The notes: a model not told the origin generated them from the letters alone. A stretch of DNA of 64,000 bases from an uncultured bacterium (GCA_963822585.1 CAWGIE010000047.1:96001-160000); one strand, 5' to 3'; shown: positions 39,638 to 50,485, numbered from the stretch's first letter. Numbers and translations are program-made.

Positions 39638-41338
39638 TTATTCTTCCAGAACCCGGAGAACCATGAGGGTAATGTCGTCAAACTGCGGCTGGGCGCCGGC
39701 GAAGGCTTTCACTTCATCCTGAACTTTTCGGATGATTTCCCGGGCCGCCAGGTCGCGGTTCCGGTGCACTACCTCAAACAGGCGTTCTTGTCCAAACTGC
39801 TCCTTAGCCGCGTTGATCGCCTCGGTGACCCCATCGGTGAAAAGCACCACCAGGTCTCCGGTCTCCAGCTTGATCTCCTCCTCCTGAAGAGTGATATCTT
39901 CCAGCACGCCCAGGGCGATCCCCTTCGCCTTCAGCAGGACGAGGTCGCCCGGGGAGTCCCGGATCAGGAGAGGAGGATTGTGGCCGGCGTTGACGTAACG
40001 GAGCGTTCGCCGGGCGGAGTCTAAAATGGCGTAGAATAGGGTGACGAACATACTCGATCTGGCGTCGACCAGGATCAGATCATTGGCCCGGCGGATCGCC
40101 TCGGAAGGGGAGGAGTTCTCGGTAGTCGTGGCCCGCACCAGCGTCCGAGAGACGGCCATGAATAACGCCGCCGGCACTCCTTTCCCGGAGACATCGGCGA
40201 TCACGAGTCCCCATTCGTCCTTCCCCACCGGGATGAAATCGTAAAAGTCCCCTCCCACTTCTTTTGCCGACAGGTTGGAAGCGGCGATCTCCATCCCCTT
40301 CAGGTCCGGCACCGTCTCCGGGAGAAAGCTTTGCTGGATCCCGTGGGCTATCTCCAGTTCCTTCTCCAGGCGCTCTTTTTCCGCGGTGGTGCGCCGCAGC
40401 TCGACGGTATAGGTCTGCAAATCCGAGGCCATCGTGTTGAATGACCGGCCCAGCTCCTCGAGCTCGTCCCCCGTCTTTACCTCGACCCGGTGGTCAAGTT
40501 CCCCTTGCCCCAGTATCTTCGCTCCCCGGGAAAGAAGCAGGATCGGTCTCGTGATCCGCAGGGAGAGGGAAAAGGAGAGTATGACCACGATTATCACCAG
40601 CAGCAGGAAGGAGATCAGGATGACCCGCCGGGTGGCGGCAAGCCCCCGGTCTACCTTGCGGGCGGCCGCGGCGGTCGCGGCGGCGATCTCCCGGCGAGTC
40701 TTCTCGACCGGCCGCAGGAACTCGTCGATGTAGGTGGTCGCGCCGACCTTCCAGTTCGTCCCCGCCACCCGGACGTGATAGAGATATTTGTCCCGGGTGA
40801 CCCTATCGGCGTCTTCCCACCGGTAATAACCGCCGCCGGGCTCAGGCTTCTTCATCTTCTGGATCAGCGCGTAGAAGTCAGGCAATTTCTCCTTCAGATC
40901 ATCCATGTCGGAGCCGATGATCCTGGGATTGGAGTGGAAGATGTTAATCCCCTCCGAATCCAGGACCGAGGTGTAGCCGCTTTCTCCAACCGGCTGGACC
41001 GCGATATCGGCCAGGGTCGGGTCACTCTTGAGTTCAGCCAGCGTCTTGCCGGGATGGGCGGCGATGTAGGTCTCCATCTGCCGGGCTACGTCACGGGCTT
41101 TCTGCTCGATCATCTGCCGGCCCAGGTTTTCCAGCGCCCGGGTGCTATCTTCCGCCGCCGCGGTCCCCAGCGAAGTGCTGCCGGCCAGAGCGTCCTCGCC
41201 CATTCGCCTCAGATTTCTCATCCCGATATATCCGAAAACCACCAACGAGATGACCGACAGGCCCAGGAAGGCCGTGAGCAATTTGGCCCGGATGCTGAAC
41301 CTGATCCCGTCTCTTTCTATGCGTTCGCTTTTCATCAT
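39638..41338 (-). CDS. SpoIIE/RsbU-type PP2C phosphatase with Cache and HAMP domains; start probably 41338
   Basis: Two TM helices; DELEELG.SFN.M; EVGGDFYD, IADVSGKG, NAGHNPP, FTDGVTE, DDIT. Confidence 0.92.
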   Translation of the reverse strand: MMKSERIERDGIRFSIRAKLLTAFLGLSVISLVVFGYIGMRNLRRMGEDALAGSTSLGTAAAEDSTRALENLGRQMIEQKARDVARQMETYIAAHPGKTLAELKSDPTLADIAVQPVGESGYTSVLDSEGINIFHSNPRIIGSDMDDLKEKLPDFYALIQKMKKPEPGGGYYRWEDADRVTRDKYLYHVRVAGTNWKVGATTYIDEFLRPVEKTRREIAAATAAAARKVDRGLAATRRVILISFLLLVIIVVILSFSLSLRITRPILLLSRGAKILGQGELDHRVEVKTGDELEELGRSFNTMASDLQTYTVELRRTTAEKERLEKELEIAHGIQQSFLPETVPDLKGMEIAASNLSAKEVGGDFYDFIPVGKDEWGLVIADVSGKGVPAALFMAVSRTLVRATTTENSSPSEAIRRANDLILVDARSSMFVTLFYAILDSARRTLRYVNAGHNPPLLIRDSPGDLVLLKAKGIALGVLEDITLQEEEIKLETGDLVVLFTDGVTEAINAAKEQFGQERLFEVVHRNRDLAAREIIRKVQDEVKAFAGAQPQFDDITLMVLRVLEE

Positions 41339-41748
41339 CTCCGGCAACAAATTCCGCGCCGCAAAAGGCCTTATTCCTCCATTATGGCCACGTGCCTCCT
41401 TACGAAAGGTGGGTCTGCTCATGGGGAATGTTATCAAAGCGGCTATCAGGAACTCAATGATAACGTTGCACGAGCGCGGCTGGAATCCCAGGGACACGAT
41501 GCTAAGTTCGAAGTGACTAAAGTGCCTAAAGTTGTCCCCCTTACGTTACGGGGCAAAAAGCGGCGTCACATTAGCTGAGCGGGCAAAGCCCGCTCAGTAA
41601 CACAGACAGGAATGTCTGTGTTATCTTGACTCACAGACAGGAATGTCTGTACTACCTTGGCTCACAGACAGGAATGTCTGTGCTACCTTGGCTCACAGAC
41701 AGGAATGTCTGGGTTACATTCACAAATTATACATTCATCGGGCGGTTC

Positions 41749-43176
41749 CTACCTCCGGGGGGAGAGCAGGGAGAGGGGGATAAAGACCGCCAGGCTGACC
41801 GCCAGGCCGGCTATCACCGGGTCGAACCCACCGATTGAGACCACATTATATTTAACCAGCAATATGGCGATGCTTCCCAGGACGATGGAGGCAATCGTCC
41901 CGGCGGATCCCGCTTTTTTCCAGTAATGCCCAAGGATATAGGGGAAAAACACGCCGCCCGCGCGCAGGGCGAAAGAGAACATCAGAATGGTGATCAGATT
42001 ATCCGTACTGACCAATGCCACGACCATGGAAAGGAGAGCGATAACCACCATCCCGACCCTGGTTACAATCAATATCTCCCGGTCTCCGGCGCTTTTCCGG
42101 ATTACCTTGGCATAAATGTCATTGGAGAAGATAGAGCCGGCCGCCAGCAGGTCGGAGTCGGCACTCGACATGGTGGCGGAGATCAGCGCGGCAAAGACCA
42201 CCCCCACGATCCACGGGGGCATTGTCTCCCTGATCAGAACCGGGAGGACATAGCGGGTCCCGAACTGCTGGATCAGTTCATTTCCGATCAGGCCCTGTCT
42301 GACCATGGTGAAGGCGATAATACCGAGGAGAGCCGGAATAAAGGCAAAGAGGAAATAGACGGCGGCCGTGAGCAGGGAACCGGTGCGGGCGGTACGGGCG
42401 TCCCGGGCGGCAAAATAACGCTGGTTGACTTCCTGTCCGACGGCAAATGAAGTCACGTAGATAATAATCAACGATATAATGGTCTTGAAGCCGATTCCGC
42501 CGGTAATACTCATCTTGGCCGGCGGAGTTGTCTCGATGAATCTGCTCCAGCCTCCCGCCGCGTGCAGGGCGAAAGGTACCGCCAGCGCCAGGCCGAGGAC
42601 GATCAGGCACCACTGGACCACATCGGTCAGGGTCACACTCCACAATCCCCCCATCACCGAATAGACGGTCACGACGACAACGACGATACCCAATGCCGGG
42701 ACGTAACTCATCCCCGTCATGGCCGAGAGGACAACCGCCGAAGCGATCATCTGGATGGCGGTCAGCCCGATCAGGGGCAATACCATCATGACCGCCGTCA
42801 GCAGGCCGCTGGGTTCGCCATATCGTTTACGAAAAAATTCGGGCACGGTCTTGACCATTGCCCGCCGCAGGCTGGGCGCCCAGAAAGCCAGAACGAGGAA
42901 GGTTATCGCCAGGGTGAGTACGTACCATCCGGCGGAAAGCCCCCATTCCCCGAAGGCCTTCTCCGCCACGCCCAGGGAACTGCCGCCCCCCACTTCGGTA
43001 GCGGCCAGGGTTCCCGCCAATAAAAACGGCCCCAGCCGCCGGCCCGCCACCATAAAGTCAGCGTTGCCCTTGATTTTTTTCGAAGCGTAGTAACCGATGT
43101 AAAGCATCCCGACCAGGTAGATCCCGACGATGGTCAGTACAACCGGATGCAGGGCAAAAGTTGTTTCCGCGGGCAT
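41749..43176 (-). CDS. Sodium:solute symporter
   Basis: DFMVAGR, YSVMGGLWSVTLTDVVQ, QRYFAA, SATMSSADS; many TM helices. Confidence 0.93.
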   Translation of the reverse strand: MPAETTFALHPVVLTIVGIYLVGMLYIGYYASKKIKGNADFMVAGRRLGPFLLAGTLAATEVGGGSSLGVAEKAFGEWGLSAGWYVLTLAITFLVLAFWAPSLRRAMVKTVPEFFRKRYGEPSGLLTAVMMVLPLIGLTAIQMIASAVVLSAMTGMSYVPALGIVVVVVTVYSVMGGLWSVTLTDVVQWCLIVLGLALAVPFALHAAGGWSRFIETTPPAKMSITGGIGFKTIISLIIIYVTSFAVGQEVNQRYFAARDARTARTGSLLTAAVYFLFAFIPALLGIIAFTMVRQGLIGNELIQQFGTRYVLPVLIRETMPPWIVGVVFAALISATMSSADSDLLAAGSIFSNDIYAKVIRKSAGDREILIVTRVGMVVIALLSMVVALVSTDNLITILMFSFALRAGGVFFPYILGHYWKKAGSAGTIASIVLGSIAILLVKYNVVSIGGFDPVIAGLAVSLAVFIPLSLLSPRR

Positions 43177-43861
43177 GGTATCGAGTCACCTTTCAGGCTT
43201 GATTATAAAAATAACGGCTTTTACAGAATAAAATAATCCGTCATAACAAACAAGGGGAGGTTTGTTCCGTCATGTCAAAGATTTCAAGGTTGGACTGGAA
43301 TTCCGGGGAGATGAGACTAAGTTCGAAGTGACTTAAGTGAAAAAGCCTATAGTTTAAAGTTTAATGTGTAAGGAGAGCCTTCTCAATTTCATCTTTCCCC
43401 TCACGTTACAGTACAGGAAAAGGCATCACATTAACTGAACGAGCAAAGCCCGCTCAGTTACACAGACAGGAATGTCTGTGCTACCTTGGCTCACAGACAG
43501 GAATGTCTGAGTTACCTTGAGGTGACTGGCTCCTCGCCTTAGTCATAAATCTTCCGGCTTCCCATTTGCTCCGGAACTCCCTGCCGGGCGTGTGCCCGGC
43601 ATCACCGGATAAGTCCCCGCTGACATAGCATTCCCCGTTCCCTCCGGCGGTGACATTTCTTTTACATTCTGTTGACAATTCAAAGGGAACTTTATTCCCG
43701 CCAGGGACGTAATAGAAGACACGTATTGCCGGGAGTGTTTCGTCGAACCAGATGAAACTCCGGTATATCCGGGAATGTATTCCCGGAAAAAACCCCGGTG
43801 GAGGATGGGAGGGCCCTTGCCGGGCCGTGAAATGAGTATCCACCGTTCAAAATGAGGAGGA

Positions 43862-44992
43862 ATGATAATGAGAAAGTTATCTGCCGCTGTCATCGTCTGC
43901 CTTTTTTCTATCGCCGGTTTTTCATTCGCCTGGATCGGCGCGGCCGGACAGGAGACAGGAGAAATACTCCAGCCTGACGGAAGCGCTTCAGGTTACCGGG
44001 CCGAACTGGCATCCATCTCGGAGTCGATGAAAAAGGCGAAGGGGACTCACGAACCGTATCTTGCCCCCGACAGCATCGACCCGGCCAGGGGGGCATCCGG
44101 AGCGCTCTTCAGTCAGACGGTGGAGGAGGTCGTGAACGTGTGGGGAAGACCGGATTTTATCGGCCGGGGAAGGATCGTTGGGGTAGAGGAGCCCCTCCTC
44201 GCTCTCGGCTATCCCCACCGGCTGTCAACCGTGTTCTTGTTCATGGATAACCGGTTGGTCGGGATTACTCTCATGGAAGACAACAAGGGTTCTTTCCCTA
44301 ACGGGATAGGGGTCGGGGCTTCACTGGATGAGGTGCTTGCGGTCTTCGGAGATGAGGCGGAGATTACGGGTCACGGGAAATTCCGGGCGGCTGTCTATAC
44401 GGATATCCAGGGAACGAAAATCAAATTATACTTTGAAGACGACGGACTCTGTATGATCAGCCTGTACCGGTCAGCCGCCGGCGGCGCAAAAGATGTCGAG
44501 TCCGGCAGTTATTACAGCCGGCTCGAAACACAGCTCCTGGATGTGGATGCTCCGGATACGGGGGCGGAAATAGACCTGGGAGACAGCATCATCAATCCCG
44601 GAACGGGGTTGTCGATCCTGCCATTCGGCTCCGGCATGGACCAAGCTGTCGCACTCTGGGGGAAACCGTACGAAATAAAGCTCTTCCGGAACACCGTGAT
44701 CCTCGATTATTATCAGGGACCTCACTGCACTTTTACTAATAACCGGCTGGTCGGATTATACCTGAACCTGGTTCCCGGGGTTATATTCGCCAACGGTCTC
44801 GGCTTCGGATCGACGATCGCGGAAATAAAAGAGGCGTTTGGTAAGCCGGACAGGGAGAGCGAGGGCTACTGGCTGTCGTATTATAACATAGCAAACAACA
44901 GATTGAGACTGGTATTCGACCGGAAGACGCAAGAGCTGAAAGTGATCGAGATAAAGCGACGGTCGGGGCGGATGGGTGGAAAGCAGGGTTAA
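43862..44992 (+). CDS. Secreted hypothetical protein with internally duplicated domain
   Basis: RBS GAGGAGG, signal peptide; twice V..WG.P...NRLVG...F.NG.G.G.....V/I...FG. Confidence 0.8.
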   Translation: MIMRKLSAAVIVCLFSIAGFSFAWIGAAGQETGEILQPDGSASGYRAELASISESMKKAKGTHEPYLAPDSIDPARGASGALFSQTVEEVVNVWGRPDFIGRGRIVGVEEPLLALGYPHRLSTVFLFMDNRLVGITLMEDNKGSFPNGIGVGASLDEVLAVFGDEAEITGHGKFRAAVYTDIQGTKIKLYFEDDGLCMISLYRSAAGGAKDVESGSYYSRLETQLLDVDAPDTGAEIDLGDSIINPGTGLSILPFGSGMDQAVALWGKPYEIKLFRNTVILDYYQGPHCTFTNNRLVGLYLNLVPGVIFANGLGFGSTIAEIKEAFGKPDRESEGYWLSYYNIANNRLRLVFDRKTQELKVIEIKRRSGRMGGKQG

Positions 44993-45492
44993 GGGATAAA
45001 GGATAAGGCCAGAAGATTTGTCCTGGGGGGATGGGGAAGCAAGAAGACTGAACAACGAATAGCGAACCCCGCGAAACGGAGGATGAAAAACCGAACGTCG
45101 AACGCTCAACGTTCAACGCTCAACGCCCAACAGCCCCAAAAGCAGGGTTAAGGGATAAGGGTTCAGAAGCGCATCATTAGATAGTGGTTTGAGGTAGAGC
45201 AGGGGGTGGGAGGAATAAACAGGCCGACATACAAAAACGCCTGAATGGAAAGTGGTGCCTGAGGCACCACTTTAACGGATAGTAATAATCCGCAATAACT
45301 TACAACCACCCCGCACCCAAAATCGGCGAAAACTCGTGGACAGATCGACTGGTTTTCCGGCGCCCTCTCGCGGACTTGAGGTCGCGATTCGCGACCTCAA
45401 GTCCGCGCTTCCTCCGTAACTTACCGGCCTCGGATAATGCATCCGGGGCCCGATGCCGGGGAACACTCTTTCTCATCGCGTTTCTCCTCTTC

Positions 45493-45800
45493 CACAGACA
45501 GGAATGTCTGTGCTACTTTGGCTGACACAGACAGGAATGTCTGTGCTACTTTGGCGGACATACCCTGGCGCACAGACAGGAATGTCTGTGCTACTTTGGC
45601 TGACACAGACAGGAATGTCTGTGCTACTTTGGCGGACATACCCTGGCGCACAGACAGGAATGTCTGTGCTACCTTGGCTGACATACCCCGGCACACAGAC
45701 AGGAATGTCTGTGCTACTTTGGCGGACATACCCTGGCGCACAGACAGGAATGTCTGTGCTACTTTGGCTGACACAGACAGGAATGTCTGTGTTACTTTGG
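45493..45800 (-). repeat. GTAG-type REP cluster, 8 copies with alternating short and long linkers
   Basis: Tandem CACAGACAGGAATGTCTGTGCTAC. Confidence 0.9.
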
Positions 45801-45993
45801 CGGGGGGCGAGAGAAAGCGGGAAGGTGGAGACGCCGGAATCATTATGATATGATTATTAAGTTGTCCTAACCCCAACCGAACTGAAAAATAGCTACATGC
45901 AGTTTGTGATCAGGGTTGTCCTGCTCAAAGGAAGATAAAAATTTTCCGTGCCCTTAACCAAGATCGACCTATCCGCAAAGGGAGTATCAATTC

Positions 45994-46827
45994 ATGCCGG
46001 AATACAAAGATGTTTCCATTACGGCTTTTATCGTTAATGAATCGCGCGCGCGCCTGGAATCTCTGAGCGGCGATGGGTACGCGAAACTTTGGGTTACTGA
46101 AGAGACAAAACGCCTTTGGAAAGAACTGGCGGAAGAAGTATACCCCTACGATCATATTAATCTCAGCCTGCGGAACAGATTCTACCTGGACAGGATAAAG
46201 GAATTCGTTGACGCGCATCCTGACAGCGTTTTCATTAATATGGCGGCTGGATTTACGTCATATCCCTTCCTGTTCGATACTCTTTGCCGATGCATAGAGA
46301 CGGATTACCCCCATATCCTGAACTTCAAGAAGACCAAGCTGGAGCAGTGGCAACGGGAGGGAATCCTCCCGGAACGCGCCGTCGAGTTTTATCCATTGGA
46401 CATGGAAAACCCCGGTGAGCTGAAAAATTTTAAAAAAAGCTTTGCCTCCTGGTGCGCGGAAAAACCCACGATTGTTATCATGGAGGGACTTACCTACTAC
46501 CTGTCCACCGGAACACTGGATACTTTGTTTTCGTACTACTCAAAATACCTTATTGAAGGTTCCCTGGCGGTTTTTGATTTCTGGGGGCTTGACTCAGACG
46601 ACTATCTTGTTATTCAACGGGTGAAAAAGTATTTAGCGAAGGTATCCGAGGGGCCGGTTAAACCTTTTACCTATCTGGATATGGACTACGTTCGTCAGAT
46701 CAAGGGGTTTTCCGTCGCAGAACAGACGGATATAGCCGAACTGGAACGAGAACACGCCCAAAGCCGTCTTTTACAAGAAAAAGGCAACCGATTCCCGACG
46801 GAATTTGTTGTCCTCCGGAAGCACTGA
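45994..46827 (+). CDS. Class I SAM-dependent methyltransferase (leucine carboxyl MTase-like)
   Basis: TA..R, R.R..D, INMAAGF, E.D.P..K, IMEGLTYYL. Confidence 0.85.
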   Translation: MPEYKDVSITAFIVNESRARLESLSGDGYAKLWVTEETKRLWKELAEEVYPYDHINLSLRNRFYLDRIKEFVDAHPDSVFINMAAGFTSYPFLFDTLCRCIETDYPHILNFKKTKLEQWQREGILPERAVEFYPLDMENPGELKNFKKSFASWCAEKPTIVIMEGLTYYLSTGTLDTLFSYYSKYLIEGSLAVFDFWGLDSDDYLVIQRVKKYLAKVSEGPVKPFTYLDMDYVRQIKGFSVAEQTDIAELEREHAQSRLLQEKGNRFPTEFVVLRKH

Positions 46828-46841
46828 GAGGAGGCAGCGAT

Positions 46842-47204
46842 ATGATCATTCACGTGAAGAAGAAGATTTTTTTAACCGGCATCTTACTGCTCCTGGCCAT
46901 GAAAGAAATCAACGAGGTTAACGTCCGGGCCACGGCGGCCGTCCTCTATTACCGCACGGGAAAAGGAGCGGCGTCGCTCGGCGATAAAAAAGTTATTGCC
47001 TCGGCTTCGCAACTGTTCAACAATACCTGCGAAGAAGTCCTGGCGCTGGCGAAGGAGATTCCGGAGGCAACAATCTGGCACTTCAACACCTGGGGGGAAG
47101 AGGAGGAGTACTCGGTGACCGCGGGCAGAATAGCGTCCACCGGCTGGCTGGTCCTGACGCTGGCGCCCGAAAGCAAACCGGAGACGGCCTTCTCCTGTAA
47201 TTGA
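46842..47204 (+). CDS. Hypothetical protein
   Basis: RBS GAGGAGG; hydrophobic N-terminus. Confidence 0.5.
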   Translation: MIIHVKKKIFLTGILLLLAMKEINEVNVRATAAVLYYRTGKGAASLGDKKVIASASQLFNNTCEEVLALAKEIPEATIWHFNTWGEEEEYSVTAGRIASTGWLVLTLAPESKPETAFSCN

Positions 47205-47464
47205 CGGCGAAGAGATTCCTGAATGCCTAACCCGATTTACGAATAAATCGGGTTAGTTTTGAACCATGACAAGGATTAAATGAACAGACACGCGAAAAGA
47301 TATTAATTTTATCAATTCTCCGGCAATGAATTACAGGCAAAGAACTTTTTCCGCGGGCATTGTTAGCAAAAAGAATAACACGTTGTCCTTTCGGAAAAGA
47401 AAAAGCAGAGTGCTGTCGCCGTATAAACAAGATTGCTATTCATAATACATTGAACGAAAATTAA

Positions 47465-47515
47465 TAACCTGGATTATTCATGAAAATTTTCAATTTTCAT
47501 GAATAATCCAGGTTA
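47465..47515. repeat. Perfect 24-bp inverted repeat upstream of amt
   Basis: TAACCTGGATTATTCATGAAAATT-TTC-AATTTTCATGAATAATCCAGGTTA. Confidence 0.8.
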
Positions 47516-47619
47516 AATGGGAAGTGGCGCATCCCGCGCCACTGGGGCGGATTGCCATAAACAATAGTTAGTTACAACCAACCCGACTTATGAATAAATC
47601 GGATTAAGGAGACTGCATT

Positions 47620-48831
47620 ATGGATTTTAGCACCGGTAACACAGGTTTCATGCTTTTAGCCACGAGTCTGGTCATGCTGATGACGCCGGGGCTGGCATTT
47701 TTCTATGGCGGACTGGTGGGAAGGAAAAGTGTGCTCAGTATCATGATGCAGAGTTTTGTTTCCATGGGCGTCACCACCATTCTTTGGTTTGTTGCCGGAT
47801 ACTCTCTTTGTTTCAGCGGCGACGTCGGCGGGATTATCGGAAATCTTGATTTCGCCTTTCTCAAAGGAATCACCCCTCTGGTAGCGCTTACCGGGGCCGG
47901 AAAGATCCCTTTACTGGTGTTTGTTTCCTATCAAATGATGTTCGCGATCATTACCCCCGCATTAATTACCGGCGCGTTCGCGAACAGGATCAGGTTCAGC
48001 GCGTATTTAATATTTTTGGTTTTCTGGCAGCTTTTCGTTTATTTCCCGTTTGTTCATATGGTCTGGGGCGGCGGCTTCCTTCAACAGTGGGGAGTTTTAG
48101 ACTTCGCGGGAGGAATCGTGGTACACGCGATCGCGGGGATGGCCGCTCTGGCCTCGGTTTTTTATGTGGGGAGGAGACAGGTTGAAGAGCATGGACCTCA
48201 CAGCATCCCCTTGGTCGCGCTGGGAACCGGACTTTTGTGGTTCGGCTGGTATGGTTTTAATGCCGGAAGTGAATTAAGGGTGGATTCCATTACCGCCCTT
48301 GCTTTTGTAAATACCGATCTGGCCGCGTCATTCGCGGCGATTACCTGGCTCATCATTGAATGGATACAGAAGAAAAAACCCAAGTTCGTGGGACTTCTTA
48401 CCGGTGCCGTTGCCGGCTTGGCGACGATCACTCCGGCCGCGGGCTATGTTTCTCCGGGATTTGCCGTCATCATCGGGATGATCGCCGGAGTGATTTGTTA
48501 TTTCGCGGTCGCCCTTAAAAATAAACTGAATTGGGATGATGCTCTTGATGTTTGGGGTGTTCACGGAGTGGGAGGGGTGATCGGCGTCATCATGCTCGGA
48601 ATCTTTGCTTCGAAAGCCATCAATCTCAACGGAAGCGACGGATTATTGCATGGGAATGCATCATTCTTCTTCAAAGAAGCGGTATCGGTTATCGGCGCCT
48701 CGATTTACGCCTTTGGATTCACTTATATAATGCTTAAAATAATCAACATCATCACGCCGGTGAAAGTCAGCAAAAAAGAAGAAGAATCCGGTGTTGACGC
48801 AGTCCTGCATGGCGAGAACGCTTATTTATAA
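47620..48831 (+). CDS. amtB: Ammonium transporter
   Basis: LMTPGLAFFYGG, QMMFAIITPAL, DFAGGIVVH, LWFGWYGFNAGS, DDALDVWGVHG; RBS AAGGAG. Confidence 0.96.
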   Translation: MDFSTGNTGFMLLATSLVMLMTPGLAFFYGGLVGRKSVLSIMMQSFVSMGVTTILWFVAGYSLCFSGDVGGIIGNLDFAFLKGITPLVALTGAGKIPLLVFVSYQMMFAIITPALITGAFANRIRFSAYLIFLVFWQLFVYFPFVHMVWGGGFLQQWGVLDFAGGIVVHAIAGMAALASVFYVGRRQVEEHGPHSIPLVALGTGLLWFGWYGFNAGSELRVDSITALAFVNTDLAASFAAITWLIIEWIQKKKPKFVGLLTGAVAGLATITPAAGYVSPGFAVIIGMIAGVICYFAVALKNKLNWDDALDVWGVHGVGGVIGVIMLGIFASKAINLNGSDGLLHGNASFFFKEAVSVIGASIYAFGFTYIMLKIINIITPVKVSKKEEESGVDAVLHGENAYL

Positions 48832-49249
48832 AACAGTTCGGAATAAAGCTGGCCGGGACTAAAATGGCTGCGGTCTGGGCTGTGCAGAGTAAAGTATAAA
48901 GTGGAAGGTGGGCTTCCCCACTTCATCCGTTACCTCACGTTGCGGTACAAGAAATTCAAAATCATTTACACAGACAGGAATGTCTGTGCTACTTTGGCCC
49001 CCGGTGCACAGACAGGAATGTCTGTGCTACCTTGACCCCCGGCACACAGATAGCGATGTCTGTGTCACCTGAGCATCGTGTGGACAAATCTCTCTTTGTG
49101 CGTTATGATGAATTCACGGAAAAGCTATCAGCATCAGTGCCGCCTTGGAAACGATAACCGGGTGTTTTTATATACCGGGTTCCCCGATTCAATACAGCGG
49201 CCGGTTTTTCTGGGCCGAGATAGATCTTTGAGAGAAGAAGGAGGGAATA

Positions 49250-50485
49250 ATGAAGAAAGTATTGATCGGTCTGGCCGTTTCATTCGGTATAAATTTCGGT
49301 TTATCATCTCCGGCGGCGGATTTCAACGGCGACGGGACCGCTGACATCGCGATCTTCCGTCCCGGAACCGGTCTCTGGTCGATTCGTAACGGCGCCCGGA
49401 CGTACTTCGGCAGCGGGGTCGATACCCCGATACCCGCCGATTATAACGGCGACGGCACGGACGAGATCGCGATCTTTCGGAACACCACCGCCCTCTGGGC
49501 CATTCATAACGGGGCAAGGTATTACTACGGCCAGGGAGGCGACACCCCCTTGACCGAGGGCGGCGGCAGCCCCTGGCACTACTTCCCGGCCAATGATATT
49601 ATTTATCATGACGGAGAGGTCTGGGTCAGGGGGCAGAGCGCGGGTGTGGCTCTGCGGGTTTATGGAAAAGACAATGATGGATCACACGGCACCCTGCAAA
49701 TCTCCAATCCGTCCGAAGGCCAGACCATGATCCTGGACGGGAACGAGATCGATTCCGACACCACGCTTCACCTGAACCATAACCTGCCTAACGACGTGTC
49801 ACTGGCGACCGCCGGCGGCAACGTCGGCATCGGGGGATCAAACCCGACCTCAAAGCTGACCGTCAATGAAAACAAGGCCGGTCATTACGCGGTCGAAATC
49901 GTCAATGACGGGAACAATTCCGATCGTTACGGGCTCTCCATTCAATGCGGCAGCGATGCCGGGGTCGGGACCAACTGGCTGATCGGATTCTTCGACGGCG
50001 ACGAGACCGCGGTCGGGGGGATCAGCTTTACCGGCGGGACCGTCACCTATGGAACATTCACGGCCGATCATGAGGCCTCCATCCCCCCGGCAGCCAATGA
50101 AAAGGGCTATCCCTACGGGACCGTCGTCATCCTGAAGAGCATCCGTTTCGACCCGGACCGGCCGCGCCAGGTTGAATACGAGGTCGAGCCCTGCCGGACC
50201 GCCCGGGACAAGACGGTCTTCGGCATCTACGCCGGAAAGCAGGAAAACCGGGAGAACCGCCATTCGATATATACCGGTGGGGACGGCCAGATCCTGGTCA
50301 CGACGGAGGGCGGGAACATCGAAGCCGGGGATTACCTCACCACGTCGAACAGGGAAGGGCAGGCGATGAGACAGGATGACGATCTCCTCCACGGCTACAC
50401 CGTGGCCAAGGCCCTGGAGTCCGTCGACTGGGAGAAAGAGGGAAAAGAAAGCAAGCTGATCGCCTGTACCTATCACGCCCAGTAA
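49250..50485 (+). CDS. Secreted protein: N-terminal FG-GAP-like module, tail-fibre-like body, intramolecular-chaperone-like C-terminus
   Basis: ADFNGDGTADIAIFRPGTGLW; GGNVGIG..NP..KL.V; FTADH..GNIEAGDYLTTS..AMRQDDD..YTVAKA. Confidence 0.8.
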   Translation: MKKVLIGLAVSFGINFGLSSPAADFNGDGTADIAIFRPGTGLWSIRNGARTYFGSGVDTPIPADYNGDGTDEIAIFRNTTALWAIHNGARYYYGQGGDTPLTEGGGSPWHYFPANDIIYHDGEVWVRGQSAGVALRVYGKDNDGSHGTLQISNPSEGQTMILDGNEIDSDTTLHLNHNLPNDVSLATAGGNVGIGGSNPTSKLTVNENKAGHYAVEIVNDGNNSDRYGLSIQCGSDAGVGTNWLIGFFDGDETAVGGISFTGGTVTYGTFTADHEASIPPAANEKGYPYGTVVILKSIRFDPDRPRQVEYEVEPCRTARDKTVFGIYAGKQENRENRHSIYTGGDGQILVTTEGGNIEAGDYLTTSNREGQAMRQDDDLLHGYTVAKALESVDWEKEGKESKLIACTYHAQ

